A stretch of 63,581 bases of DNA, the filler included, from Choristocarpus tenellus KU-1152 (taxonomy: Eukaryota > Protista > Phaeophyceae), in the NCBI GenBank assembly GCA_964200185.2. It is 8 parts of 8 records of this genome, joined end to end, with 100 filler letters (N's around TTAATTAATTAA, not from the genome) between each part and the next. Parts side by side here need not be neighbours in the genome. Positions count along the whole stretch, not along the records: positions 45,235 to 60,935 come from CAXNAD020000946.1; positions 61,036 to 63,581 come from CAXNAD020026886.1; 6 more parts are not named here. One strand, 5' to 3'. The notes beneath the pieces are model-generated. The model was not told the DNA's origin. It did not search any database and worked only from the letters and a program-made list of their open reading frames with translations. Position numbers and translations under genes: made by a program. This document shows positions 51,801-63,581 of the stretch, one piece after another (the stretch's first letter is position 1; the number at the start of each line of letters is the position of its first letter).

Positions 51801-54683
51801 TACATACTATATAGTAAAAAAAAAAGATGCAATAAATACACCACATCTTGCAACTCACAAAGTTCAATAGTATCCAATACTTTTTCAATAGTATCCAACA
51901 CTTTCAATAGTATCCAATACTTCCAATAGTATCCAATACTTTCAATAGTAACCAACACTTTCAAACGTAAACATCATTTCACTTCACACTGATCTCATTA
52001 GAAAATCTGTAACAGAGGTATTCCTACCCTAAACCCAAGTCGCGATTAACAACTCTCTCTTCGTCCCTAACCCTAGCCCTAGCCCTAACCCTAACCCTAG
52101 CCCTAACCCGAATCATTCTGGCACGTTATTAATGTATGTTAGTACTATCTGTACAATCTCAATTAACCCCCAACTATGATTATGATTATGACTGGGATAA
52201 GGAGGTGGGGTAGGAACCAACCAGGAAGGTGCTCTGCAATGGCCTTCTCCACCGCTGACTCTGGCTGGGGCAGCCTCTCATCCTGTCAGCCAATAAAAAA
52301 CAAGAAAATATGAAAAAAAAAAATGTGCTAACTTTCTTACATTGAAGTTTTTTTACGTACAAATACCGCCTACAATAAAAAGTACACTTTGTGTCACAAA
52401 CAAACAAACTAACAAACAAACAAACAAAGAGGCTAGTATTGTGTTGTTCTTCAAGGTCCTACAGGTAATATTGGAACATTCATGACAAACATGGTATTTT
52501 TACTGATATTTTTAACATTAGGATGTATTTTTTTCATGTTATGTTACTTTATTAGGTAAAAAAAGAAGAAGGTGTAATGGGCACAGAGAGGGTATCCCCA
52601 ATTGGCAATATCTTACGAAATACAGATGCGAAGTCCTGCAGAGAGAACTCTCCATTCTTGAAAAAATGCTCAACACCAACATTTTTGTATCCTAAACCTT
52701 CCACTTAGTATTACTTACCACGATACTCATTCCACATCCACATGGCCCCAATACCTCAATACCTCAATACCTCAACATCATAGTCCACGAGGCATCTCCA
52801 TTTCCCACGCACCTTGTGCTTCCACTACTGCTCTACTTCACTGCACATACTCAAGGAATATAAATCTTTAGCCGCCGAATTTAAAAAAAAAGAAGAGGCT
52901 CATCACTACTTTCCACTGCACACAAATACAACAACCACCCCTCCGAAACTCAAACCCTAACCCTGACTTCATTCCGCGTTTTATTCTTCAGGAGTAACAA
53001 TCAGAGGGGAAGAGAGCTATGTGCCCCCACCTGCACGTATGACTTCCACAGCTTTAAACGGGTGATCAGCGGGGAATTCTTGAACAGCTGGACAAGAAGG
53101 TCTGGCTCTGTTCCCATGGCACCAAGGTTCAAACCATGCAGACTCACCGAAACTAGTCTGGAAAAGCGGGACTACCATGAGATTCCACATCCCCGTCAAG
53201 AGCAGGCATTGAGCCAAACAATTGACATACGCAAATTAATCAGTGTGCAGAAGGGTCAGGGTCAGGGTCAGGGTTAGGGTCACTCCAAAAAACAGATGGG
53301 AAAGCAGACCAAGCTGGTGAAGAGGAATGCAAACGATGTTGGCTTTTCAGGCATCAACTTGCGTATCGGTCTTGGCTGTAAGGCAGGGTGCAAAGTTATC
53401 ATGTGTACTCCAGTCCAACCAACCTTCAGTTTAAAAAATGACTTCACTTTAGTATTGAAGAAAATCTTGTTTTGAACGCACCTATAAACTGGTTCATCAC
53501 GTTTCACTTCACAACGGCATTCACCGGTATACCACTTCAGATCCGTGTCCTCAGTATAGAATATTTGGACGAGGGATGGGGTGGGTAGGACGGGCAAGGA
53601 GAGGAGATCACCTGCCTGACCACGCTGCGAGCTAAGAAGAATAGAGGGTCCCTGCTCATATGGGAAACACGTCCTGACTGTGTAGACCGGGATCCAATGA
53701 GGTTTGCATCCAGGTGCAGTTTCTCCCATACCCCTGGGTCATTGATCAGGGCCTTCATATCCCTGCATGTCCTCTGCAAGGAGCACTTTGACTGAGTATC
53801 CATAAAAGGCCTAAAAATGGGATGGTGGTCAAGGTTAGGATTAGGGTTGGTGTGGCCTTTCGTTGGGTTGAGCTGGTGGCAAACTATCCATGACTTGAGG
53901 TTCATGCAGTTATCGAGAATGTGCTGGAGATTGGGCGACAGAAAGCTGCAGAGGTTGGGTACTAGGCCCTGTCATACGGTGCTCGTAGGCTTAATCTCGA
54001 TGTCCCTCTTCACCAGCAACTGACCTGATAATAGCCCCAGATAGGATTTCATTGGAGATGCCCAGTATGCCTCTAGGGGACATCGATTTCGTGCCATTGG
54101 TAACTGCAGAGTTCTCTTCTATGATCAAGACCCCCCGACTTCTTAGCCGAGTCGACCCTCTGTCTCTCCTCGAAGGCATCCTTGGAGGTGTGTGGTCGGA
54201 AGGTGTGTACGTCTCATCTTCAGAGTCGTCGTAGTCGCAATCCCTTTCATCCCATCCCCTAGGCACACCAAGGATGCCCAATTTCTGTCCCTTTCTCCGT
54301 TTTCCCCCATTCCCTTTCGATTTACCCTTCCCTTTTGGTCGCCGCTTGCCACTGCTGTGACTACCACCTCCCACCATCAACCTTCCACTCAAGCCCTCGT
54401 CTTTCACACAACACTCCCATCCATTCTCTCCACCTTCGGTTTTGTGACTGCAACTCTTCCCCTTGCCCTTTTTTTGGTCAATGACGGACCACCTTCCACT
54501 TTCACTGCCCACAGATTTTGTCGACTTCTTTTGTTGTGACACGGCTCGACGTTGGCGTAGTATCCCCAGAGGAACGTCGTCATCAGAACTGGTCTCCGAA
54601 ACTAGGAACGGTGTGATTCTTCTTTTTTTCCTAGCAACGTGGATGAGCTCGTTCTCATCGCTGTCTGAGGAGGAGTTTGGCAT
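46081..54683 (-). CDS. F-box/leucine-rich-repeat (FBXL-type) protein; confident exons 54683-54025, 53810-53612, 53157-53031, 52282-52222, 51754-51655, 49838-49745, 48656-48552, 47636-47540; probable exons starting at 53375 and near 48370, and a last exon 46317-46081
   Basis: The F-box spans exons 1 and 2: GILGISNEILSGAIIR|PFMDTQSKCSLQRTCRDMKALINDPGVWEKL. Cys-containing LRRs: SNKGLKVLLEGCRQLQSLHI, SDQGMRAFADVGCLNLEALSL, ITAVGVRYALESCPKLKSLTL, ILTGCPRLCSLTVEEC. Most junctions match in phase; two exon ends are unresolved. Confidence 0.85.
49911..50095 (+). repeat. Nested minisatellite: 12-bp unit (ACATCAGTCAAC-like) within a 48-bp higher-order unit, in an FBXL intron
   Basis: About 15 twelve-mers with no indels; GACACATC recurs every 48 bp. 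Confidence 0.85.
51863..51963 (+). repeat. ~19-bp minisatellite TTCAATAGTATCCAATACT x5, intronic
   Basis: Direct tandem copies with 1-2 substitutions each. Confidence 0.9.
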
Positions 54684-55258
54684 TCTTGCATTTGAAGGGG
54701 CGTAGATCTGAAAGTAAGGACCTATTCTTGTCTACTTCTGATCGTTTATCTGGAGATTGGTGGGTGGTGTGGTTGGTAATATTTATAAGAGTGAAGACAG
54801 AAAGGTACGCCCCTCGCTAGTTCTCGTTCTGCGACTGTGATATTCATAGTACAGAGGATTGTACACTTTCCAATATATTTATTTGTGGATATTAGTGGAG
54901 GATCACGCCAACCCATGGTCAGAGCGGTAAAGGTAGTCAACTTCTCAATCTAACTACTATTATTGTCGTACTATGATCAATTGTACTGCATCACTCCATC
55001 TCCTCCCTCAAAACTTCCCCTTGCCTCTGGTCCGACGATTGGTGGTATAGCTCAGAATAGTATGGGGTGCACAATTGGTTGTGTGTGCCACATGGAATAG
55101 CATCATCAAAACCAGATTTCGTGAAAAGAAGTCTGAGTTCGAAGGGACCCTAACCCGCTATATTCATGGAGGTCTCTAACGGCTTACTACTAAACCACGA
55201 TCACTCTAGACCTCTTATCTTCTGAGGTCTAAATTTTAGGTGTTGTTAGTGGTATGTA

Positions 55259-56950
55259 CTACCTCCGTGCCATAAGTCTGTGCCGTGTTGTCCACAACTC
55301 TAAAAAATGTTGAAATTCATTTCTAAAACATTTGGAATCCTTAACTAATTTCTGGTTAGGGTCAGCTAAATTAATTAGTATTACTCCCCATCCATCACAA
55401 TTTTATCAGCCACACAAAAAGTCTCCATGTCTACCTTCTTTGGTGTGTTTTCAAGCTCACCAGACAACTGCCTTTTCCTTACTCCTATGTGCTCCATACT
55501 GAAGTCATTCCCCCCTTCGTATCCAAGTACTTGATGGTACACCTCAAAAAGGAGCTGCCAACCCCTCTCAAGTGTGATTTCATCATACTCCTCATTCTGT
55601 TTCTTAATGACCTTCACCATCTCCTCGGCGGACCCAAACCACTCCCCCATCACTCAGCATTTCAAAGACCTGAAGAAGCACAGGCCCATGATATTGAGGT
55701 CAGGGGAGTTAGATGGCTGCGCCCCAAGTCTAATCGACCACCCCTCAGTCTTCCCTGCCCCTAACAAGATTTCTGAGTTGCCATTGCCCGTCTGGGGGGG
55801 TGGCACTGTCTTGCTGGACAATAACCTGCTTCCCCTGCAACCATGGTATCTTGGTCTTAATTGCAGGCAGTAACTCCTCCGTGTACCACTTCCTGTACCA
55901 CAAATGATCTAAAGTACAGTCCTGCTCATACGCGTCCCCCTTTTTATGGTTCTTGCTTGTCCTGTCTGCCGTTTTTGGCGCACACACACACCAAACACCA
56001 AGCTTTCCATCAAAGCTGCAAGCCAAATCTGTGCAGGCGTTGTCTGCAATGATCAAGGTTTTGGGGATATGACTCTTGTGCTGCACAGTAGGGGACCCTG
56101 GAAGGTCGCTATCATCCTCATGCGGAAATACCCTAACCCTTTCCCCATCAGCCATCACGTAAGACCAGGTTTCATCCACATGTGGATAGTGTTCGCCATG
56201 GGGATATGACACCACGTTTCCAGTCCATTTGATTGCAAACAAAGTCCATTCTCCATACCTTTTGCCACGATTTAAGCTTGGGTTTGATCCAGCAGTGACT
56301 CGGCATGGCCCCCATATCATCCAAACACCTGCTTATGGTGCTCATGCTATAATTCAGCCCCTTGGTGGCCATATTCATTTTCACCTGACACACTGTGGTT
56401 GACCGATTATCAGAGTTGATACTATGTAGTTCAACCGTCTTGGTTGGTGTGAGCTCCGAAGGCCATCCACTACGTGCCGCCACACCTAGGTCAAGCGTGT
56501 GGCCAAGGGTGAGCTGATCGGCGATGTCCACCCAGAGCCCTCGCATGTAACACTCCAATACTCCAAACGCTGCAAGGGCCAGCCCAACTTGTCGAGGCAG
56601 TCTATGCTCACCAGGGACCATCGAGAGGGTGTGCTGCACTGCAAGCGCAACCCAGGTGTTCAGGGACACTTGGGCACCCTTCCTGCGCAGGGGGGGTGAT
56701 GGAGGGGTTGCCATGCTGACGTTCTGAACCTTGACGTGCCCAGTTCTGACCTCAAAATCATCCCAAAAGACCCCTACTTTGACGACTTGAAGCACCTCGA
56801 GTTTGTACCTGATGATCCTTGACCCCCACCTTTCCTGAAAGCTGAGATTGTCGACCCAATTTCATTCTATGGGGTTATCGTCCGATTCGACGCCGTTCTC
56901 ACTCAGCGAGCACATAGGTTTCACGGCACAAACTTATTGCACAGATGTAG
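55259..56950 (-). mobile_element. Bounded but inactive Tc1/mariner element (plant-type DD39D/Stowaway-related), 1692 bp
   Basis: 29-bp TIRs CTACCTCCGTGCCATAAGTCTGTGCCGTG (55259-55287) and CACGGCACAAACTTATTGCACAGATGTAG (56922-56950) differ at 4 positions, with TA on both flanks. Transposase motifs HVDETWSY, FDGKLGVW, IVQQDSATP and QPSNSPDLNIMGL are spread over frameshifted ORFs with an in-frame stop. Confidence 0.92.
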
Positions 56951-59900
56951 TATCTAAAATGAGGATGAACCCCGGCCAACACAACAGATAACCCTAATCC
57001 TAAAGGGAAAACTCATGTGAGAACATGACCTCTAACCAGTACCCTCGAATTCAAATGAAGTGCTCTTAGCGTGTTCATAACCGACATAGAATAATCATGT
57101 CCGTAGTATTATCTATATGTCTTAGGTGTCTGCATGCGCTTTAGTCTTGAACCGGTTGGATTGATTCTTGGGCTACAACTGAGGAGTTGCCCGAATCCAT
57201 ATTATCCCCCCTCCCTCGATTGGTGTGTGTAAAAAGTATCGGTCCAAACCGTTTCTGAACGAAACAGTGTTGAAGTTGACCAGATTTGTCCTTATGATAT
57301 GTACTTGATAGCATAAAAATTTGGTCCTTGCCTTCAAAACAGTAGTGGCGGCAGAACTCGTGCTTTTCTTTGTGTGGTGTTTTTTGCTCATTATGACAGT
57401 AGGTTAAAGTAACGCTTGCAATGGTCTCTATGCAATCATTTTAGGCCAAACATGTCACATGTAAGGTACGAGGGACGACAACATGCACGAGAAGAACTCT
57501 TTGTGCTCTCGAAGCTTTTCAGTCCAAAAACGAATTGTCCCAAATCTTCACCCCTCCCAACCCTGATAGTCACGGACTCCAGACACACTTCCTCCGGCGC
57601 CATCCTCCTCGCTGCTGCCCTCTTCATCAGCCCCATCCTCATCGGAATGTTAATCTCCCTCATTCCCAGAATCTCTCTCCGAATTGACATCTCCCTCCTT
57701 GTCCGAATTTAATTCCTCAACAGAACTTTGCAAATTTCAGGTTACGCAACGGTCAAAGATCTGGATATCACTTGCTTGTGGAGAGTCATACCATCCATAG
57801 CGAAAGAGATAACTCAATTTCGATCCTTGTTCCCCACTTTAGGGCTTGGTCAGTAACTATTCTACGCTAGGACTTCGTCTTTGAGTCCTTGGTGACCTCA
57901 CAAGGGGTGTGAATTTTACGTGCACACCTCAATTTTTACTCTAGTGCTATCTTAGAGTCATGACCACACTTGTCGCTTCACCTCGTTTCAAAGGGATTGG
58001 ATTTCCAAAGCGTACGCCGATCCAGTAAACTAAAAATACAGATTCAAGGGTGTCTGCCGTGTTCCCATTGTGGATTTACACCAACCTAGTACCTCCATTC
58101 TACTTCTTCAACATACGAAATCACAACTATTACTTAGTGCTACAAAGTAAATTACTATTATTGTAAGCGACAGTTAAAGAATAACAAAAAAACAGGATAC
58201 TGAATTGACTTGTGCATTGATATTTATGTACTCCAAGAGTTTCTCCTTTGAGGCTCTGTACAGGTTGTATGCTGTCAGGAAGGAGAGCAAGATGAGAGGC
58301 AAGGCTCTCAGTGTACTGTAAGTGTATGACGTAACCTGGTATGGTTACGAATATTAGTCAGTTGCTAGAACCGAAGTACCAGAGGAAGGTGTACCTGAAA
58401 GTTCCTAGGTCATTTTGCTGCTGTTATGGGGATAGGATGGGTAGCGAAGAGAGGTTTGAAATATTGAATGGACCACTGTGGGGGATATGTGAACTGTGAA
58501 GGGTGCGACATGTTGAGGCTGTCAAATAAACGTGGGTCCTGTCTTGAGTGGGTCCTGTCTTGAGAGGCACAAGATGTCATTGCTCCTGTCGTTGTTGCTC
58601 TTGCATGATAGTGTATTTATGGATCATACGTGTATGTATGTACTACTAGTATATATATTTATTTTTTTCCATACCTTCCCTCCACATCGTCTGCCAGATC
58701 CTGACAAACCAACCTATCAAATGCAGGGCCAATCCCGACCTAGAAAGTTGCCTTAAGATGCACCAATATTTATTGTCCCTCTTGCGACTGATAGTTACCC
58801 AAACGTCATTGTCTTGATGTGGTGATTCACTCGAGATATCATAGTAGGTTTGGGCTTTAATTCTATCATAGTACAGCCCACCTTTTTAGCTCTTACTGGC
58901 AGCCCCTAGCTCTGTGAGTGTACTTCATTCTTGAAATACCACCTATTGATTGGCATATAGACTTGATGCAACATATGATGCTCGTGGTCCACTAGATAGA
59001 GGTTCTGCTAGTTGATAAAATTGTGCTGTTGATTCACTTAGTACAATCGAGTCAGGGTAAGCGAGTGGCACCCAGGTTTTGGTCGTTTTGCATTTTACTC
59101 CATCACCACGCTCGCATGTATGGCTTCCTCGGGAGGGCAAGTTAGTCACTTCAGCGCATGTAACCTTCGAAGCAGAGAAAACACACCATGAACTTTTGGG
59201 GAGAAGAGGGCATCTCTCTGACTGAGTACGAGGAACAAGAAGCAGATCGAAGACTTCATAGGCACTGCATTGATAAGATTATTGTACTGCGTGAGAGTTG
59301 AAGCAAATCCATGTTCTTTCAGACTGCTGTCTGTCGGTATGGAATAAGATAGAAGAGATAGGAGACTCTCTTCTCTTTTCAACCATGTGATCACATTCAG
59401 CAAAGGGGGTCGTGTGAGGCTCCAATCTCTTCTATCTTCTTCCATACCGACACAAAGAGCAGTCTGAGTCTGCACAATGCCAATGTCCGGGAGGTGTTTG
59501 ATATTCCTCCATAAAATGTTTAACGTTAATAAATAACAAGTTGAGCAATGTGTTTGTTCAGTGTTGTTGTGTGTCTTGTTGAAGATTAGGGTTAGGGTTG
59601 GTAGGGCGTAAAGAAGGTGTAAAGGGGGGATGGAGATTTGAGAAGCAAAACGAATGGAGAGGTAGGCAAGTTTTGGTTTTGTGTGGCATATTCCAAGTGA
59701 TGTTTCCTTTACCTTGTGCAATGATTCAAACCACCCACGGTTACATTTTTAAGATGCTAACAAACACGTGCAAATTTCGACATTTTGTACAAATTCGTGT
59801 ACGGAATTTTCCATATTCTGTCGAAAATTCTTAAGCAATAGAGAAATTAACACTCTCAAAAATCAATTTTAGTACTTAATTTATAGAAATATGGGAGAGT

Positions 59901-60184
59901 TTACTGAAGACAAGGGGAAAAAAATGCTAAAGAAACCTAAACAGCCAAAACCTGGATACCTCTCGCTTACTTTGGCTCATAGAAGTCGAGTATGGACCCG
60001 ATGCAGTGCTCTGTACATTTCTTCTTCGTCACTTTTAGATCATTTTCTAGGTTCTCCCAAAATGTTGTGTGTATTCTGGGTTCAGCAATTTGTCGTCTGC
60101 ATCCCTAATACAAAATAATGTTGATTGCAGTTTTGTTGTCATGCAACAAAATCAGGTCAACTTAGTGCATTCTCGTCATGTTAA

Positions 60185-60442
60185 GATTCAAAATATCTTA
60201 GAGGGCACAGCTCCGTCCGTTTGGGGGTCAAAATCCAACGTTGCGATTTTAATGAAATTTTGGCTATCGTGTTTGTTAGGAGGTGTCAATATCCTTGTTC
60301 CAGACACACCTTTTCATAATGAATACATATTTCCTACTCTGAACCATTTTGGAGTTGGAAATATCATTAAAAAAACGTGGGAAACCAAGCCCCAAACAGA
60401 CAAATAGGGCAAAAACTCCTACCCTCTAAGATACTTTCACTC
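60185..60442 (+). mobile_element. MITE family A, full-length copy with apparent TAA target-site duplication (Tourist/Harbinger-like)
   Basis: TAA|GATTCAAAATATCTTAGAGGG ... CCCTCTAAGATACTTTCACTC|TAA. The 21-bp TIR has 3 mismatches. Confidence 0.85.
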
Positions 60443-60493
60443 TAAACACGACTGTTGTATGTGACATTTGCTCGATTTAGGGGAAGTAGATGG

Positions 60494-60535
<42 letters not shown>

Positions 60536-61080
60536 AGCCAGGGTGCTAGACTACACGGCCAGTCAGGGCAACACTTGATTATATTTATCAAGATATGGGA
60601 TATGACAAATAATAAGGGGAAGGCATGAAGGAGCTTCTGTGCGGATATTGGAATAGGCAAAGTCGCAGATGGACGAGTCACACACCTCCATTTATAGTGC
60701 TGCTGCACAGACTGCTTGGATGGAGGTATCTTTCCCGGGCGATTTTATTCCCCACCCTTCTCACTGTGTCTATTTTTGTGCTCATCGATGCCATTGTAGT
60801 GCTCAAGCTTGGACTATCTTTTGATTAAAAGTGAATGTTTCCTTGCTGGGTGAATTGATTGCAGTAGCCCTTTAGCTCAGAGTATCTGGGAGGGGGTGGC
60901 GGCTGTCCGTTTGAGGTCAATTTTTTTCATGTCCCNNNNNNNNNNNNNNNNNNNNNNNNNNNNNNNNNNNNNNNNNNNNTTAATTAATTAANNNNNNNNN
61001 NNNNNNNNNNNNNNNNNNNNNNNNNNNNNNNNNNNCTGTTGTTGATGTTGGGGGGGTGGGGGTGGGGGTGTGGGGAACAG

Positions 61081-62394
61081 GCTGTTGGAAAGTATGGTGA
61101 GGCTGGTGACCACGCTATCAGGTGCTTTGAATATTATCTCGAGCACTCTGGTAGTGAAGACACAGATGTTCTCACCCGCCTGGGAAATATGCAGGTGGGG
61201 TGCTTACTTCTTGGAATTATGCCAAGGTTGAGTGATGGGGGGAGGGGGGAGAAGAATTACACTATTTTTTTGGTAATGCATGGTATTGACTTCATATAAT
61301 TGGTACTACTGCAGTGTGATTGTGTCCCTCCTTTAGTAGTGTGTATCACTCTAGTAAAAATAAGAAATCATTGATGTGTTATGATGTATCAACAAGTAGA
61401 GCGTGACTTTTTTTTTTTTTCAAGAATACCATATCGCTTTTTTCTCACTTCTATGGGTCTTTTCTTTTTTAATAGCTTTTCTTGAACTTGTCAGGTGGAG
61501 GGTTGACGCAAACGGTTGCAGCAACTGAATAACTGTACTAATTAATAACAACAATAATAATAATAGTGATAATAATAATAATAATAATAACAGTGTCAAA
61601 GGATATTTTATTTTATTTTTATAATATTGTGAGTGTGTTCTTTTTTATTTTTGCAGTGTGTGTATGATACAGTCTACCCTAACCCTAAGAGGTAAGTGAT
61701 GAAGTAGTGTGATGTCCTTTGTTTAAATTAGATTAGAAAAGAATGCAAGTAGTTTTTTTATTGTTTTTGTCACTGTGTTGTGTGCGTGTGTTGTTGTGTG
61801 TGTGTTGTGAGTGTGTTGTGTGTGTGTTGTGCGTGTGTTGTGCATGGAGGTGTGTGCTGCATCGTTCTGAATGTGAGATTGTGCAAGGGTGATGATCACA
61901 AAGATGATCACAAAGATGAATTTATGTATAGCTCATGTGTTTGCAAATGGGTATTTCCATTTCATTTGAGTTGGGGGGTGGGTGCCTGAACTAAGCATTG
62001 CTCATGCTTAGTGTTCTAGGTTCAATCACGCAGAAAAAATTGTTAGGGTTAGGATTAGGGTTAGGAAAGGTGTAAAAGTACGCCTGAGATGGCAATAGCC
62101 AAACCCTTCAACTTCTGCTCCTATTGTGTTTTGTGTTGGCTTGTTGCTGCTCCCTTTATAAAATCTGTATGTGTGTTAATACATGTATGTATTTATATCA
62201 TTTATTTTGTTTTATTTTATTTTATTTTATTTTTTGAAAAATAATTATTAATAAAAGGTGAAAAGGCTAAACCCGTTTGCGGCGATCGAGTCGTACAAGA
62301 GAGCCCTTCATGAGAACCCCATGCTTGCCAACGTTTGGTTTAACCTTGCCAATGCTCACCTCAAGCTGGAGGAGAAGGAAGAGGCGGTGATGTG
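61081..62394 (+). CDS. TPR-repeat protein, two internal exons (61081-61194, 62258-62394)
   Basis: A phase-0 join gives HAIRCFEYYLEHSGSEDTDVLTRLGNMQ|VKRLNPFAAIESYKRALHENPMLANVWFNLANAHLKLEEKEEAV, matching the TPR consensus A..Y..AL...P....W.NL. Confidence 0.85.
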
Positions 62395-63581
62395 GTGCGT
62401 GCCTGCATGGTAATTTCTGTTTACAACATCATAGTACATCCATTCATCCATCCATCAATAGCTGTATGTATTATTGTGAATGTCAAGTAAAAGATGGGGA
62501 TTATAGTATTACTATTGTTACACTATTGTTACACTATTGTGTAGTTTATTCTCGGGGTTAGGGCTGGTAGTATTGAGTACTACTTTGTATGTATGTCTAC
62601 TACAGTGACCATTAAGAAAATAAATAAAAATTGGGTCGTGTTGTTGTTCTGTGCAGGTAACTACTGTGTCGCGGAAAGGTACACCTTAGGTTGTGTATTG
62701 TGTTTGTACGTACGGATTGAGTGTGTGTGTTGATGTGGGGTACTGGTGACAAATACGGGGCATTGCTATACCTTTTTTTGACCAGAACATGCAAGTACTT
62801 AGAAAAACAAGCAATGTTATGTGTTATAGTGTAGCTGTTGCAGTGTGACAATGCAGGGTACAGGGAGATGATGTGTGTTTTAGTAACAGAGCATGTGTTG
62901 GAACTCCTGATAATGAGATGGTGCAGAGATCACACCGTATGGTACACCTTTTTTTGTCCAGAAGTGCTGCTATTGCAGATACACCCTTTTCCGTCGTCTC
63001 ACTCTCAAAGAGTTAGGGTTAGGGTTAGGGTTAGGCTTATCCACTATCCTATGGCAACTGCCCCACCCCAGGGCAAGAGAGGGCAATTGTCCTTGTTTTG
63101 ATTGGTTGATGTTTCTACATGTAGGTATTTGATTGGGTGTTCAAGTTGTCATCCTAGAGTGCTTGTGTGTTGCTTAATTTAGGACTGTTTTCTAGGCCCT
63201 GAGTCAGCGGGGCGATGCGTGAATAAGGGAAAATAAAAAAAATGAATAGTCTCGGAGGGATCCCTTTTAGAAGCCTGTGATCAAAGGGATAGCTGTAGGA
63301 GAAAGAAACACCTCAATGCCTCAAGGACTAGCATGGAGTAGTACACAAGAAGCACCTTAGATGGGAGACGAAGATAAAGGGTTAGGGTTAGGGATGCGTG
63401 TTGGAGGGCGATGTTTGCACCGGAGTTGAATAGATGCATGTTCACGTTGAAAGAAAAAAAACACTTGAGTCTGATAGGGGGAAGTAAAAGAGTAGAAAAA
63501 AACAAAAAAACAAAAACAAAAACAAAAAAATAAATAAATCAGTGGCGGTCCGGTTTTGAGAACGAATCAGAGATTCCCCCC

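Noticed and set aside
12945-61035. Seven identical TTAATTAATTAA palindromes as a biological repeat
   Set aside because: They are always centred in 88 Ns and place stops in all six frames, so they are an assembly or concatenation linker.

Overview
Eukaryotic nuclear DNA from a photosynthetic stramenopile, most consistent with a brown alga or close relative. The support is spliceosomal introns, bipartite plastid presequences, a nuclear psbU and scattered TTAGGG-type motifs. The window is eight segments joined by an artificial 100-nt spacer (44 N + TTAATTAATTAA + 44 N), so linkage across spacers is not evidence. Gene models spliced by hand: a THH1/TOM1-family membrane protein (-, 3' end outside the window); a RING-finger protein (+, truncated); an unidentified low-complexity gene fragment (+); a complete 4-exon psbU (-) divergent from a truncated plastid VKOR/LTO1-like thiol oxidoreductase (+); a plastid-targeted sigma-70 factor (-) head-to-head with a 5-exon two-domain retropepsin-like protein (+); a multi-exon F-box/LRR gene (-); and two TPR exons (+). 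Mobile DNA includes a bounded but dead Tc1/mariner with TIRs and TA TSDs, PIF/Harbinger remnants, a ~250-bp MITE family, probable copia RT debris, and two inverted, diverged copies of an unidentified formerly coding repeat. The most notable observations are the sigma factor with altered -10 and -35 recognition residues, the retropepsin-like partner whose two D-T/S-G motifs are both degenerate, the psbU/LTO1 pair with clustered TGACGT (aureochrome-type) motifs, and two near-perfect hairpins. I found no CRISPR, tRNA or rRNA, and the sequence alone does not demonstrate a new multi-gene system.
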